Positions 50,592 through 60,663 are shown, counted from the first letter of the stretch. The stretch: 64,000 bases of DNA from Bdellovibrionota bacterium (GCA_044356215.1 JBIKWQ010000003.1:16466-80465), one strand, 5' to 3'. Numbers and translations are program-made. The notes: generated from the sequence alone by a model not told the origin.

Positions 50592-51949
50592 TGCCGATAT
50601 TTAAGTGGCAAAGCTCGGTTGACCATACGATTCAGGAAGTATTCGAGTGGCACACCAGAGCTGGGGCGTTTGAGAGGCTAAACGCCCCGTGGCGCCCCGT
50701 CAGTGTGATTCGCTCGAGTGGCTCAATTCAAAGCGGAAACGAGGTCGCGATCAAACTTCCCGTAATCGGGAAGTTTGGGATTCCGTGGGTGCTAAAGCAC
50801 ACAGCATACGATCCACCTAACCTCTTCCGCGATGAGCAGGTTAGTGGGCCGTTTAAAAGTTGGCGCCACTCTCACCAATTTGTTTCAGAGAGTGACGACT
50901 CAACTAGGCTAATTGATCACATAGAGTACAAGCTGCCATTAGGAGGAGACATCGTTGCTCCTTTAGTAAATCGCGAGCTAGCTCGGCTTTTTAAGCATCG
51001 GCACCAAACTCTAGCGAGAGACCTCGAGCTACACGCCAGATGGGGCGATAAACCACGCAAGACAGTTCTTATCGCTGGAGCATCAGGTTTTATTGGTAGA
51101 GCCTTAAGCGCTTTCCTCTCCACCGCTGGCCACACTGTATTACACCTGGTGAGACGCTCTCCTAACAAGCCAAACGAACTTTTTTGGGATCCAGCTTCTG
51201 GAACATTAGACCCGCAAGTTTTTAACGGCGTTGATGTCGTTATTAATCTCTGTGGAGAGAATATCGCTGGTGGAAGGTGGACCCCTCTAAGAAAGAAACT
51301 TATAGAATCTAGTCGCGTTGCTCCAACTAGTTTACTAGCTCGTGCCGTAGCGGATCTAAAGACTCCTCCTGAGGTCTTTATTAACGCCTCTGGTGCCGGA
51401 TTTTACGGTGAAAGCGGATCGCAAATCGTCGATGAAAACTCAGGACCGGGAGACGATTTTCTTGCTCGCGTAAGTCTCGCCTGGGAAGGGGCTCTCGCTC
51501 CTTTAAATAGCTCGCCGTGTAGAGTAGCTCAGTTAAGGATCGGAATGGTGCTTAACGGTGCCGGTGGAGCGCTCGCCAAAATGCTCCCTGCATTTATCTG
51601 TGGGCTAGGTGGCAAGCTTGGATCTGGAGATCAATACATAAGCTGGATAGCGTTATCGGATCTACTAGGTATCTTTGAGCACGCGACCTATAACGCGGAG
51701 GTATCAGGGCCGATAAATGCTGTTGCTCCGAATCCGGTTACTAACGCTGATTTCACGAAGGCTCTGGGCAAAGTTTTAAAACGCCCGACGATTATCCCAG
51801 TTCCCGCGGCTATACTAAGGATGGCCCTAGGTGAACTTTCACATCTTCTCCTTGCAAGCAACAGGATAGTTCCCACTAAGCTTACCGATTCAGGTTACCG
51901 CTTTACGCTGCCCAAAATAGAAGAGGCGCTTGAGAGCGAGATCGGTTAG
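50591..51949 (+). CDS. TIGR01777-family epimerase-like oxidoreductase with N-terminal SRPBCC domain
   Basis: F.WHTRAGAFERL..PW, GPFKSWRHSH; AGASGFIG, NLCGENIAGGRW, GSGDQYISWI. Confidence 0.9.
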   Translation: MPIFKWQSSVDHTIQEVFEWHTRAGAFERLNAPWRPVSVIRSSGSIQSGNEVAIKLPVIGKFGIPWVLKHTAYDPPNLFRDEQVSGPFKSWRHSHQFVSESDDSTRLIDHIEYKLPLGGDIVAPLVNRELARLFKHRHQTLARDLELHARWGDKPRKTVLIAGASGFIGRALSAFLSTAGHTVLHLVRRSPNKPNELFWDPASGTLDPQVFNGVDVVINLCGENIAGGRWTPLRKKLIESSRVAPTSLLARAVADLKTPPEVFINASGAGFYGESGSQIVDENSGPGDDFLARVSLAWEGALAPLNSSPCRVAQLRIGMVLNGAGGALAKMLPAFICGLGGKLGSGDQYISWIALSDLLGIFEHATYNAEVSGPINAVAPNPVTNADFTKALGKVLKRPTIIPVPAAILRMALGELSHLLLASNRIVPTKLTDSGYRFTLPKIEEALESEIG

Positions 51950-51958
51950 GGAGGGGGG

Positions 51959-52753
51959 CTACATTCCTGCCTCAACAAACACCCGCAGCGCCTGATTAGT
52001 AAGGTTGGTAAACGCGCTTCGATCGCCTACTAAACACCTTACGTTAACACCCGTCGAGGTGATTCCCGCAAGAACCAGTCCACCATCTTCATCTTCTACA
52101 AAAGCTGGCCCACCTGAGTCACCAAAACAGGTATTTGAAAGGGTTGGAGGTGTATAGTCGCTAAAAATCAGATCTGATGTAACCTCATCGGCTCGCATTT
52201 TACCGACGCGCAGCACGCCTGAGCCCACCTGATTAACTCCATCGGTAACTCCGTAACCCAATATCGTGAGGCTATCACCTTTAGATATTCGCTCCGCTAT
52301 TGGCACACTAGGCGGAGCTCTCTCGCCATCCGGCGGCTTTATAGTCAGAAGCGCTATATCGTTAATAAATTGAGCCCCTTGGTCGGTCGCTTCAGGGTGA
52401 ATCGCGATCTTACTGGGGACGACACGCTCCCCTGAAGCAAGCTCAACTAACACCGAGAAAACGAACTCATTAAGACAGTGGGCTGCTGTTAGTACAGTGG
52501 TGCTATTCAACCTAACTCCTGTGCAGATCGTTTGATTGTCCTCTTCATCAAAGAGAAGGAGTTTTACTACTGTGCCGTTGGTTGAGCTACACTCCCTGCC
52601 ACCGACAATTTTCATAGTTAGTTCTGGCGAACGCGATGTTCCACACACTGTCTCGAGTGTAAGTATCTGATCCGACGAGCTGGAGCCACCGCACCCGACT
52701 AAGAGAACAAGAGTTGTCACAAACAATAGGGTAACGATTGATTTGATGCCCAT
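51959..52753 (-). CDS. Trypsin-like (S1) serine protease lipoprotein
   Basis: Lipobox LVGC, IVGG, LTAAHC, NDIALL, CFGDSGGP. Confidence 0.9.
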   Translation of the reverse strand: MGIKSIVTLLFVTTLVLLVGCGGSSSSDQILTLETVCGTSRSPELTMKIVGGRECSSTNGTVVKLLLFDEEDNQTICTGVRLNSTTVLTAAHCLNEFVFSVLVELASGERVVPSKIAIHPEATDQGAQFINDIALLTIKPPDGERAPPSVPIAERISKGDSLTILGYGVTDGVNQVGSGVLRVGKMRADEVTSDLIFSDYTPPTLSNTCFGDSGGPAFVEDEDGGLVLAGITSTGVNVRCLVGDRSAFTNLTNQALRVFVEAGM

Positions 52754-52768
52754 AGAGACCACGCTATC

Positions 52769-52802
52769 ACTGCAACAGTCCAAAAAATCCGGTGAGTAGT
52801 TA
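52769..52802 (+). repeat. Partial third copy of the promoter/leader cassette
   Basis: ACTGCAACAGTCCAAAAAATCCGGTGAGTAGTTA, 31/34 identical to the metH copy. Confidence 0.75.
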
Positions 52803-52890
52803 GCTTGACCGATTGCCCTAATAACCGACGTACCTCATACTAGGAGTATTAGAGCGCATAGCTAACGGATCTAACTATTTTGAGGGTGTT

Positions 52891-53379
52891 ATGAAAAGAC
52901 TTGTTCTATGTTTATTCGCGGTTATAGGGATGGGAGTCGGTTTGGCTGAGGCACAACTCTCGTCTGTATGCCCTACAGTATACAATATTAATGAGCGCTC
53001 AGGTATCGGCGCGCTAGTTCAGTATAAAAACAATCAGGTTCAACGATCAGGTGGCGTCGGAACCCCATTAGCGGGATTCCTAAGACAACCTACGATCATA
53101 GCAACTCAGGGGCGCAATCCATTCCAGCTCGCGCGCGCCGCAATTTATGACAGCAGGGGCAAGTTGGTATGCTCAAGTGGCCCACGCATGGGATGCGCGG
53201 CCTCTCGTGGAGAGTGCTTGGCTCGCTACAAGTTCTCGTGCTCAACTACCGCAGTTCGTCGCGCGACACAGCTTGGCGCGTTCGTAAAAGTGGCGCCAAA
53301 TATGTGTATCCAGGTTCCTAACGCAGGAAAATGCTACAATGTTAAGGTGCGCGATCTTTGCGATGGTCGGCAGCTTTAG
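52891..53379 (+). CDS. Hypothetical secreted Cys-rich protein
   Basis: GAGGG ribosome-binding site, signal peptide ending AEA-Q, 8 Cys in the mature region. Confidence 0.75.
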   Translation: MKRLVLCLFAVIGMGVGLAEAQLSSVCPTVYNINERSGIGALVQYKNNQVQRSGGVGTPLAGFLRQPTIIATQGRNPFQLARAAIYDSRGKLVCSSGPRMGCAASRGECLARYKFSCSTTAVRRATQLGAFVKVAPNMCIQVPNAGKCYNVKVRDLCDGRQL

Positions 53380-53388
53380 TTAGGGAGA

Positions 53389-53419
53389 AGGGATAGAGCA
53401 GATGAGCTGTTCTATCCCT
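53389..53419 (+). terminator. Hairpin after the secreted-protein gene
   Basis: AGGGATAGAGCAG-ATGAG-CTGTTCTATCCCT. Confidence 0.6.
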
Positions 53420-53548
53420 AACTAAACGAGCGAAGTAAAATCTTCGTGGCCCTCCGCGACCTCGATGTAGATCATCCTTCGTAGCTGCAGAGAAGATTAT
53501 GAGGGAATACCTCTGTAAAGCTTATTCAGGGAAGCTCACCCTTTTACC

Positions 53549-53938
53549 CTGACTATTGCCCACATCCTGGTCGATAAGTCTTCACAGATAGGGCTCAGGA
53601 CAACAAGTAGGTAAAGACCCTTTTCCGGCTCGCCGATCTCTTTTACTCTTTGTAAAGAAATTCGTTAACCCCGAACAGCTTTTTCACAAAAAGACCAGGG
53701 ATGACAGCGAGAGAAAAGGTATAAGCAGCACCGTTAGAATCTCCCCTCTGTCCGTTCTCGCTGGCCTCTTTGTTAAAATTAAAACTTCGGCGGATCCTTT
53801 TTGTACAAAGAGAGCGGCGAGGGAAAAGAGGGAGGAGGGAATAAAAAATGTGGAGTCATGCCTAGCAGGACTGAGCTAAATCCAAGATTACTACCAACAC
53901 ATCTCCCCTCTCAACTACTATTTGTGGGCAATAGTGCG
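53549..53938. mobile_element. 390-bp non-autonomous element with IS4-family (IS50/Tn5-like) ends
   Basis: Ends CTGACTATTGCCCACA / TGTGGGCAATAGTGCG; 10-bp direct repeat CCCTTTTACC at 53539-53548 and 53939-53948. Confidence 0.82.
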
Positions 53939-53962
53939 CCCTTTTACCCCCCCCCCCAACAC

Positions 53963-55141
53963 CTACTTCGAAGTAAAATAAACCTCTTTCCCCTTCAGAC
54001 TCACCTCGGCGCTCCGAGCTTCTGCCCTTCCGGTAGCTATTAAGAACTCGCGGTATAGTCCCAAGAACTCTTGAGCGTCTCTCTCACTCTCCCACCTTGT
54101 TAGCCATTTGATCCTCTTGGTTTTATCAGCCGCGGTGAAAACTCCTAGCTTATCACCCACCCACCCTTGGGCAGCCAACGCGGCGCGGTCCCTGGTAGCA
54201 GCGGATCCAGTAAAGAGGCTCGATATACCGAACTCTCCTAAAACATCCGTATAATCAAGACTCTCGCCCTCGATACCATTTTTCAGCTCCGCATCCTCCG
54301 GAATAGCTGGAGTAAACGATCCACTCAAATACTCCTCTGGATGCAATATCTCACGGGATGATTTGGGTATTCTCTTGTAGGCCTGATCCACTCGCGCATA
54401 ACCTCCATCTTTAAGCAACGCATGGGTGAATCTGAGTCCACTTGAATAGGGAAAAATCAAAAGTGCCTTAACGCTCTCAGGAACTTCACCATTAAAACCG
54501 ATTCCTAGTACCTGCATCAAGATAACCGCGTCGATCGACCTCTCATCTTTTAATTGCGCCAATCCCGCCCCAGATCTCTGACAATCATACATCACCGCCG
54601 ACGCGTCTCCCTCTACCAGAGCGGATGCCGCTATACCTGAATCGGTCGTGGCTCTCTTTGGATCCACTATAGCGCCTACATCGTAATATTGATCCTGAAG
54701 AGCGTGTGTCAGCTCATGCTCAGCGACGCTCCCCTGAACTGACGCTGGCAGCCATCCCGCCATCACGAAGTGCTTCTTCTTAGGATTATAGTAACCACCG
54801 ATCTGGCTAACCAGAAACTCAACCAATCGATTCTGATAATCAAAACTCTCGGGGATTAAGCCGATCGCTTTGTAAGCTAAGTCCTCCATCGCTAGTTTCT
54901 GCGGCGGAAGATCCTCTCGTATCGTGTCCTGAATAAAACCAGTTACAGCCGCCTTATCCTGAACCAAACAAGGAACATCAGCTTTAGGCTTTAAGCCCCG
55001 AACATTACTAGCTCGCTTTAACGCTCCAGTGGCAAGCTCGCAGAGAGAATTTGCATCAACCTGCGCGCGGGCTTGGTTAGCTGGCAAGAATACCGAGGCT
55101 ATTAATGATAGGGCTGTGACAGTTAGTGCGTGGAAATTCAT
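53963..55141 (-). CDS. Secreted putative zinc metallopeptidase
   Basis: Signal peptide; GGYY, HELTHALQDQ (HExxH), ALVEGDA, FPY..G, LGEFG, GW.GD. Confidence 0.8.
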   Translation of the reverse strand: MNFHALTVTALSLIASVFLPANQARAQVDANSLCELATGALKRASNVRGLKPKADVPCLVQDKAAVTGFIQDTIREDLPPQKLAMEDLAYKAIGLIPESFDYQNRLVEFLVSQIGGYYNPKKKHFVMAGWLPASVQGSVAEHELTHALQDQYYDVGAIVDPKRATTDSGIAASALVEGDASAVMYDCQRSGAGLAQLKDERSIDAVILMQVLGIGFNGEVPESVKALLIFPYSSGLRFTHALLKDGGYARVDQAYKRIPKSSREILHPEEYLSGSFTPAIPEDAELKNGIEGESLDYTDVLGEFGISSLFTGSAATRDRAALAAQGWVGDKLGVFTAADKTKRIKWLTRWESERDAQEFLGLYREFLIATGRAEARSAEVSLKGKEVYFTSK

Positions 55142-55146
55142 GGTTG

Positions 55147-55199
55147 GTAACTATTCACCGGGTTTTTTGGATCGTTGCAGGCATTATATCGCTAAATAG
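55147..55199 (-). repeat. 53-bp promoter/leader cassette, copy 2
   Basis: 49/53 identical to 42977-43029; ends 5 nt before the ATG at 55141. Confidence 0.8.
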
Positions 55200-55322
55200 G
55201 CTATCTCGCCCTTCTTCTTCGTTGTTACCACCTGGTCGGGGGTACTTTTTCTGGCGATTAGGTGACCATACTAGCAGGTCATTTTGTTTGCTAAAACCAT
55301 AAAATACAACTATTATAGAGAT

Positions 55323-55541
55323 ATGGCTATTTACAACATCGTCGAAGCTAAAACATTCCTCTCTAGACTGATTAAAGACGCGCTAGCCGGAAAGACAGTG
55401 CTGATAGGAAAGCGATCTGAGCCCCTTGTTAAACTTTCTATATTCAAGCCAAACAAACGACACCTTGGGCTCTATGACGATCAGGGGTGGATAGCCGAAG
55501 ATTTCAACGCCCCTCTCGAGGATTTTAAAGACTATGAGTAG
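55323..55541 (+). CDS. Phd/YefM-family antitoxin
   Basis: NIVEAKTFLSRLI...G..V.I.K...PLVKL, C-terminal IAEDFNAPL; overlaps the toxin start. Confidence 0.88.
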   Translation: MAIYNIVEAKTFLSRLIKDALAGKTVLIGKRSEPLVKLSIFKPNKRHLGLYDDQGWIAEDFNAPLEDFKDYE

Positions 55542-55926
55542 CGAGCTGCTCCTCGATACGCAGACTTTTTTGTGGCTGGGTATGCAGACTAAATCTCTAT
55601 CAAAGAAAGCGCGCGCCGCCCTCGAAGATACCGATAATTCTCTCTACATTAGCGTCGCATCAATCTGGGAGATCTCAATAAAAAAATCTCTCGGCAAGCT
55701 TAAACTCCCAGTCCCAACGACAACATTTGTCAGCTCAAACTGCTCGGCAAACGGGATCGCGACTCTTTCTATTGAAATTGAGCACGCCATAGGCGTAGAG
55801 GAGGTGGAACGGATACACGGGGACCCTTTTGACCGACTTATCGTTTCTCAGGCGCGACATCTGGGGCTAACTATTATTAGCAGTGACGAGATATTTGATC
55901 AGTATAGAGTAAAGCGTATTTGGTAA
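55534..55926 (+). CDS. vapC: VapC-family PIN-domain toxin
   Basis: LLLDTQTFLW, SVASIWEI..K...GKL, HGDPFDRLIVSQA, S.D. Confidence 0.92.
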   Translation: MSSELLLDTQTFLWLGMQTKSLSKKARAALEDTDNSLYISVASIWEISIKKSLGKLKLPVPTTTFVSSNCSANGIATLSIEIEHAIGVEEVERIHGDPFDRLIVSQARHLGLTIISSDEIFDQYRVKRIW

Positions 55927-55934
55927 AGCTCCAC

Positions 55935-56399
55935 CTACCCTACAAAGTATCCCAAGAAGGGCGTACCACAGCGAGCGACTTCCCGCTCAAGCTGGGCCTG
56001 CATATTTTTAGCGTCCAGGAATTGGCATCCTCTTTTCTCGGTACGTTCTCTGAGAAGCTCATCAGATATCGTAAGTAAAATAATAAGATCGCAATCAATC
56101 ACAACGGTGCCAAAGACCGGACGCCCCTTCTCACTCTTAACGCACTCACGAACAAATCCGGTCATCGCTCGGCCGATATCCTCGGTCCACGGTTCCTGAC
56201 AAACATACTCAGACTGCTCCTTTGTCAGCCTTGGAAACACCTCCTTGTCTTGATCCCGCGCCCCAGGGATAGCAGAAAGCATAGTCGATTTGCCGGTGCA
56301 GGTGGTCCCGAGTACGAGGACTCGTTTGTCTGAGTGGTGGAGTAGGAGTTGTTGGAGCTGCTCTGTGATTAGGTCGATAAAATTACTATTCTCAGGCAT
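55935..56399 (-). CDS. Small P-loop kinase-like protein
   Basis: VLVLGTTCTGKST Walker A; LRER..KRG lid-like motif. Confidence 0.7.
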   Translation of the reverse strand: MPENSNFIDLITEQLQQLLLHHSDKRVLVLGTTCTGKSTMLSAIPGARDQDKEVFPRLTKEQSEYVCQEPWTEDIGRAMTGFVRECVKSEKGRPVFGTVVIDCDLIILLTISDELLRERTEKRGCQFLDAKNMQAQLEREVARCGTPFLGYFVG

Positions 56400-57109
56400 A
56401 TGAATATTTCAACCTAAACTGTCGTGAAACTACCAGGCTTGAATATCGCCGCGCGCTCCCAGTTTCCATTCATCGCCATCTTCCCGATGGTTGGGGCTTG
56501 GTTAAAGGATGGATGATTTATCATAACTAGTCAGTTCAAATAACAAAAACCTGTAATTAAACTTCTCTACCGCTACCTACCCGATACATAATCCACCACC
56601 TCAACTATCGACGGTACGCTTCCATCTTGATTAAAGCGAAAGGAACCAAACGTTACTGAATCTAACTGATTATTCATAAGATAGTTTCGACACTTCTCTC
56701 CTGTATCGTGGCCAGCGGCGAACGCTGAAAGCACCGAATTAAGCGCGTCATAAGCGTTTGACGCCGTCAAAATGGGGGTGTATCCGAAACGAGCCTTAAA
56801 CTTTGGCTCAAATGCTGGGTCTTTTAGAACGAATCGTGTGTAAGTTAAGCGGGGCAAAAATGGCTTAAAGGCGGGGTCTTCAACCCATCCTGAGCCGTCA
56901 TGAATAGTCGCTAAAGGAATATTTGGAATACTAGTCGTGATCTGCTGCAAAAGGGAGAGCAGAGATCGTTGATCCCAAACGAATACGATGATCGCCTCCA
57001 CTTTCTGACTACGGAGCTTTAGCAACTGAGCTCTAAAATCAGATTCACCCGCCTGCACTCCAACGTCGGCGATCAGGGGCGCCGTCTCAGATATGAGGAT
57101 CTTTCTTAG

Positions 57110-57293
57110 GGAAGGCCGGCAAAAACCTACCCGTAGCGAGAAAGTGGAGGTTGAGTTGATATTAGATTTTCGAGATGGGAAAAAACCGCAAGTGTATCCC
57201 CTGTGATACATTGAGGATTTTTTCCCATCTCGAAAACTCGAAGAGCAGCTCAAGATCCGCTTTCGCAGTAGGGAGGGGTTTTGCCGGCCTTCC
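57110..57293. mobile_element. MITE family A copy 2 (184 bp)
   Basis: Same TIRs as copy 1 with one extra A; TTAG duplication at 57106-57109 and 57294-57297. Confidence 0.93.
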
Positions 57294-57484
57294 TTAGCAT
57301 CTCAGAGAACGGCTCCTGCTCGTAAACTAGTGCGAGCCTCGACAGATTGCGCTTCCGCAGCGCTTCAGCCAGAACTTTAATCTCAGTGACTGAGTTGTGA
57401 TAAAATGAGACTGGCCAGGTACGATCGGCTTCAGTAAAAGCCTCTATCGCCGCGCTCGGCGTAACAAGTAAAACGCCCTTCTTG

Positions 57485-57647
57485 TAGGGCGTCGCAGTGT
57501 TTTTGGTAAGCTGCTGAGACAATTAGTAAAATATTTTTTACCACAGAGGACGCAGAGGACACAGAGAAAACCCCATAATTGCCCATAAAATGGCCGTTCT
57601 CTGTGTCCTCTGCGTCCTCTGTGGTGATAAAGAACTGCGACGCCCTA
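57485..57647. mobile_element. MITE family B (163 bp)
   Basis: Perfect 14-bp TIRs TAGGGCGTCGCAGT / ACTGCGACGCCCTA; 9-bp duplication CCCTTCTTG (57476-57484, 57648-57656); internal perfect 29-bp inverted repeat. Confidence 0.93.
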
Positions 57648-58524
57648 CCCTTCTTGCGAGCAATTGGAATAAGCGCGGGAAAACTGTCTAGCCAAGTTGG
57701 CCCGAGCACGACTTGCGCACCCCTAGCTAACTGTAGCTGAAACGCCGACATCGTTTTTCTAGCGACCGTCTCGGTATCTTCGAACTCAAGAACGACTCGC
57801 CTTCCATTAACCCCACCTTTAGCGTTCCATTCCTCAGCCGCCAATTTGTAGCCATCGCTCTCATTGCGTCCAAACGTCTGTGAGGCCCCCGTTTGGCCAA
57901 CCAACACCGGGATCCGAAGATCCTCGGCAGATATTGGGTTTAGGGATACTAAGCATGTCAGGACGAGGATAAGGATTCGAATAATCATCATGATGATAGG
58001 TCTCGCGCTAGTGATGTTTAGCGAGGAATATATCAAACGATAAACCGGTATGCTAGGAAAATGGAGGAATACCAAATAGGCGAGAGGATGGAGACAAGGT
58101 TGGGATCTGATTGGGCCCCTATAGATCGTAATCCGCCAACTCAGGCAGCATTGATTCGATCGCGAAATCCACAAAGACCTCTGGCACATCCAAATAAAAC
58201 TCCTTCGCTGACCATGAGCCGATTCGGGTCTTCGCTTGCCGGCAATTTAACCGCTTATTTCCCGATGTAGGCAACTTTTTTGCCGATCTCTTCGATGATC
58301 ACTTTGTTCAGCCTGCACTGCCACACTTAAATCCAGTAGGGCGTCCTACTGGGAGAGATTGATAAGAGGTCGGCATATGCGACAAAGCCGCCCTCACAGA
58401 AAAAATCATGGCGACTAGTGCTCGCAGGACTTACCAAGCAGTACTTTTAATGATACTATCAAGGAGCGTCAATGAGCTCGCGTATACTTATGGTATTAAC
58501 AGAGTTAAGACGCCAAGGACAACT

Positions 58525-58992
58525 ATGAAAATCACAACCGTTGTCGCTAACGCCAGAAAGCGATGCTTTATCGTGACCATCAAGGGCAGAGCGTACGAGT
58601 TCCCCTACTCATACCTCAAACATAAGCCATCAACTAATAACCCTGTTGTTCAGTTATCCCCTGACGCAGACGCGGGAAACGAGGCGTTCAGTTACAAACT
58701 TAAAAATGGGAAGCGTGACACTATTCTCGCGGAGCAAATACTCCTCTTAAATCAAGATCCGGAGATTGTACGCAAAGAACTGCTCTATACTCTGACCTGT
58801 CAAGCTCAAGATCTGATTAAAAATCGCGGCCTCTCCAAACGATCAGTTGCTCGGCTGCTTGCGATTCAACCCGCGCAGCTCTACAGACTCCTTGATCAGA
58901 CATTTTACGGTAAGACGATTGATCAGATGGTTCGATTGTTTTCGGCCCTGGGAGAGCAAGTGGAAATCAGAATAATAAAATCGGCCGCATAG
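58525..58992 (+). CDS. HTH (XRE-like) protein, antitoxin-like architecture
   Basis: AAGGA ribosome-binding site before ATG 58525; C-terminal GLSKRSVARLLAIQPAQLYRLLD...KTIDQM..L..ALG. Confidence 0.75.
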   Translation: MKITTVVANARKRCFIVTIKGRAYEFPYSYLKHKPSTNNPVVQLSPDADAGNEAFSYKLKNGKRDTILAEQILLLNQDPEIVRKELLYTLTCQAQDLIKNRGLSKRSVARLLAIQPAQLYRLLDQTFYGKTIDQMVRLFSALGEQVEIRIIKSAA

Positions 58993-59092
58993 GGTCGCAG
59001 TCCATATCATGAATGCACTAGCCCCACTTTGCTCCGCAAAGCTGCCCCTTAATAGGGGCTAAGTCTATTACCGCATAATTTGCTGAGAATTA

Positions 59093-60184
59093 CTAAAACT
59101 CAACCTCCCTGAGCAACCCGTCCCTCACTGTCATTATAGAGGCCTGTGTTTCTACAACACTACGATCACCTGTCGGCAGTGAATGCTTTCCTGTTACTCC
59201 TTCGTAAGTCAGGTCAATCTTATCTAGGCCTTCCTGCCCTCTCCGATTCGCGACCTCAGCCATAAATCTCGCGGCGTCATAACCCGCCGCGGCGTAATCA
59301 TAGGGCGGGCGGTGATATCTGTCGGTGAAGATCTTTTCGAAAGTAGAGGAAGAAAACTTGGGAAAAACGCCGAAAGCATTCTCATACCTTTTTGGCGATG
59401 CTCCGAACTCAAAAGCTTCTTGCAGAGTATGAGGCATAAGCACCATCGGATTGACACGAGCGCGCTCAAACTCTCTTAGAAGCGAGTCTACGCCTTCATA
59501 ATTTAATACTACAAACACCGCGTCTGGTTTCTTCTGAGCGATACGCAGGGCCGCAAGCTTAATTCCACCTTGAAAACCTTGATAAGCAATCTCATTTTCC
59601 GAGAGCACTGCTATGCCAAGTTTCTTTGCCGTCTCTCGAACAAGCTCAGCATGCGAAGTTCCGTAAGGCACATTGATAAAAACAAGAGCGATGGTCTTGA
59701 CGCTCTTTGTGCTTAACAATTTATCGATAGCTCTTTGTTCGGCCGCTAAGCTTAACCCATTAGTAAATACCCACTGATTTGATCGGGCGTTAGCGCTGAG
59801 TATCTCAACTGGGTTTGTTGGAGTAATAAATGGGACCCGATACTGCCTCGCGAGCGGATAAGCAGTCTCCGCCAGAAAATCCCAGGTGCCTCCTATAATG
59901 CCATCTACTCTGTCGACTGTCGCCAGCTTAACAAACGAGGTAGCCACTCTCGCTGGAACTGTACCATCGTCCTCCACAATAAGGCTTATCTGTCGACCTT
60001 CTGCCTGGAGCTCAGCTATAGCCAGTTGAGCTCCCTCTAGCCAATTGCGCCCATTACGCGCCGCATCTCCGGTAAGGCTCACTATTGCGCCCAGCTTAGT
60101 CCGCTTAAGATTGGTATCTTCGGCGGCTGACATTAGTGGCAGGAGTAAAATCAGGGCGCAGAGAGATCTAAAAAATATGCTCAT
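59093..60184 (-). CDS. LivJ-like (Peripla_BP_6) substrate-binding protein
   Basis: Signal peptide, KLGAIVSLTGDAA..G, LIVEDD, KLATVDRV, AAAGYDA, YEGVTG. Confidence 0.88.
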   Translation of the reverse strand: MSIFFRSLCALILLLPLMSAAEDTNLKRTKLGAIVSLTGDAARNGRNWLEGAQLAIAELQAEGRQISLIVEDDGTVPARVATSFVKLATVDRVDGIIGGTWDFLAETAYPLARQYRVPFITPTNPVEILSANARSNQWVFTNGLSLAAEQRAIDKLLSTKSVKTIALVFINVPYGTSHAELVRETAKKLGIAVLSENEIAYQGFQGGIKLAALRIAQKKPDAVFVVLNYEGVDSLLREFERARVNPMVLMPHTLQEAFEFGASPKRYENAFGVFPKFSSSTFEKIFTDRYHRPPYDYAAAGYDAARFMAEVANRRGQEGLDKIDLTYEGVTGKHSLPTGDRSVVETQASIMTVRDGLLREVEF

Positions 60185-60257
60185 ATTTTAACTTGTGGCT
60201 ACTCTCCGGATTTATTGGATAATGGGGATTGTTAACCTTCACAGCACCAGGCAACCG

Positions 60258-60480
60258 CTACTGCAAAAACAGCCTGCTCAGCTCATCATCTCCCAGCTCC
60301 GCGAGCGCCGCAACGCTTTGATAGGGATCGCCAGAAAGACAAAGAATCCGCGCTATGGCGGGTTCAGTCTTTATACCATGAAGCTTCAAATCGCGTAGCT
60401 TGGACCGAAAGTCATCCCCTCCGATTCCTATAAGCCTCGCCGTAGCGACGTAATGCCTAAATCCGAACTGATCTCCCAAG
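60258..60480 (-). pseudogene. Probable 3' fragment of a gene truncated at MITE A copy 3
   Basis: Open frame LGDQFGFRHYV...LSRLFLQ* begins at the MITE edge; only 48 bp separate the far side of the MITE from the divergent gene. Confidence 0.45.
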
Positions 60481-60663
60481 GGAAGGCCGGCAAAACCTAC
60501 CCGTAGCGAGAAAGTGGAGGTTGAGTTGATATTCGATTTTCGAGATGGGAAAAAACCGCAAGTGTATCCCCTGTGATACATTGAGGATTTTTTCCCATCT
60601 CGAAAACTCGAAGAGCAGCTCAAGATCCGCTTTCGCAGTAGGGAGGGGTTTTGCCGGCCTTCC
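60481..60663. mobile_element. MITE family A copy 3 (183 bp)
   Basis: Same TIRs; flanks CAAG (left) and CTAG (right) do not match. Confidence 0.92.

Larger units (their letters stand above)
56573..57991 (-). pseudogene. LivJ-like (Peripla_BP_6) substrate-binding protein interrupted by two MITEs
   Basis: Removing both elements plus one copy of each duplication rejoins ...IARKKG|VLLV... and ...SEMLRK|ILIS... into one 352-aa ORF. Confidence 0.9.

Noticed and set aside
57431..58189. 252-aa, 90-aa and 226-aa ORFs treated as separate genes
   Set aside because: They are fragments of one interrupted binding-protein gene.
58061..58330. Protein-like fragments on the minus strand (for example KEFYLDVPEVFVDFAIESMLPELADYDL*)
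   Set aside because: No start or recognisable family; cannot be supported without a homology search.
58990..59001. TAGGGTCGCAGT resembling the MITE B terminal repeat
   Set aside because: It has a 2-bp gap and no partner end or duplication.
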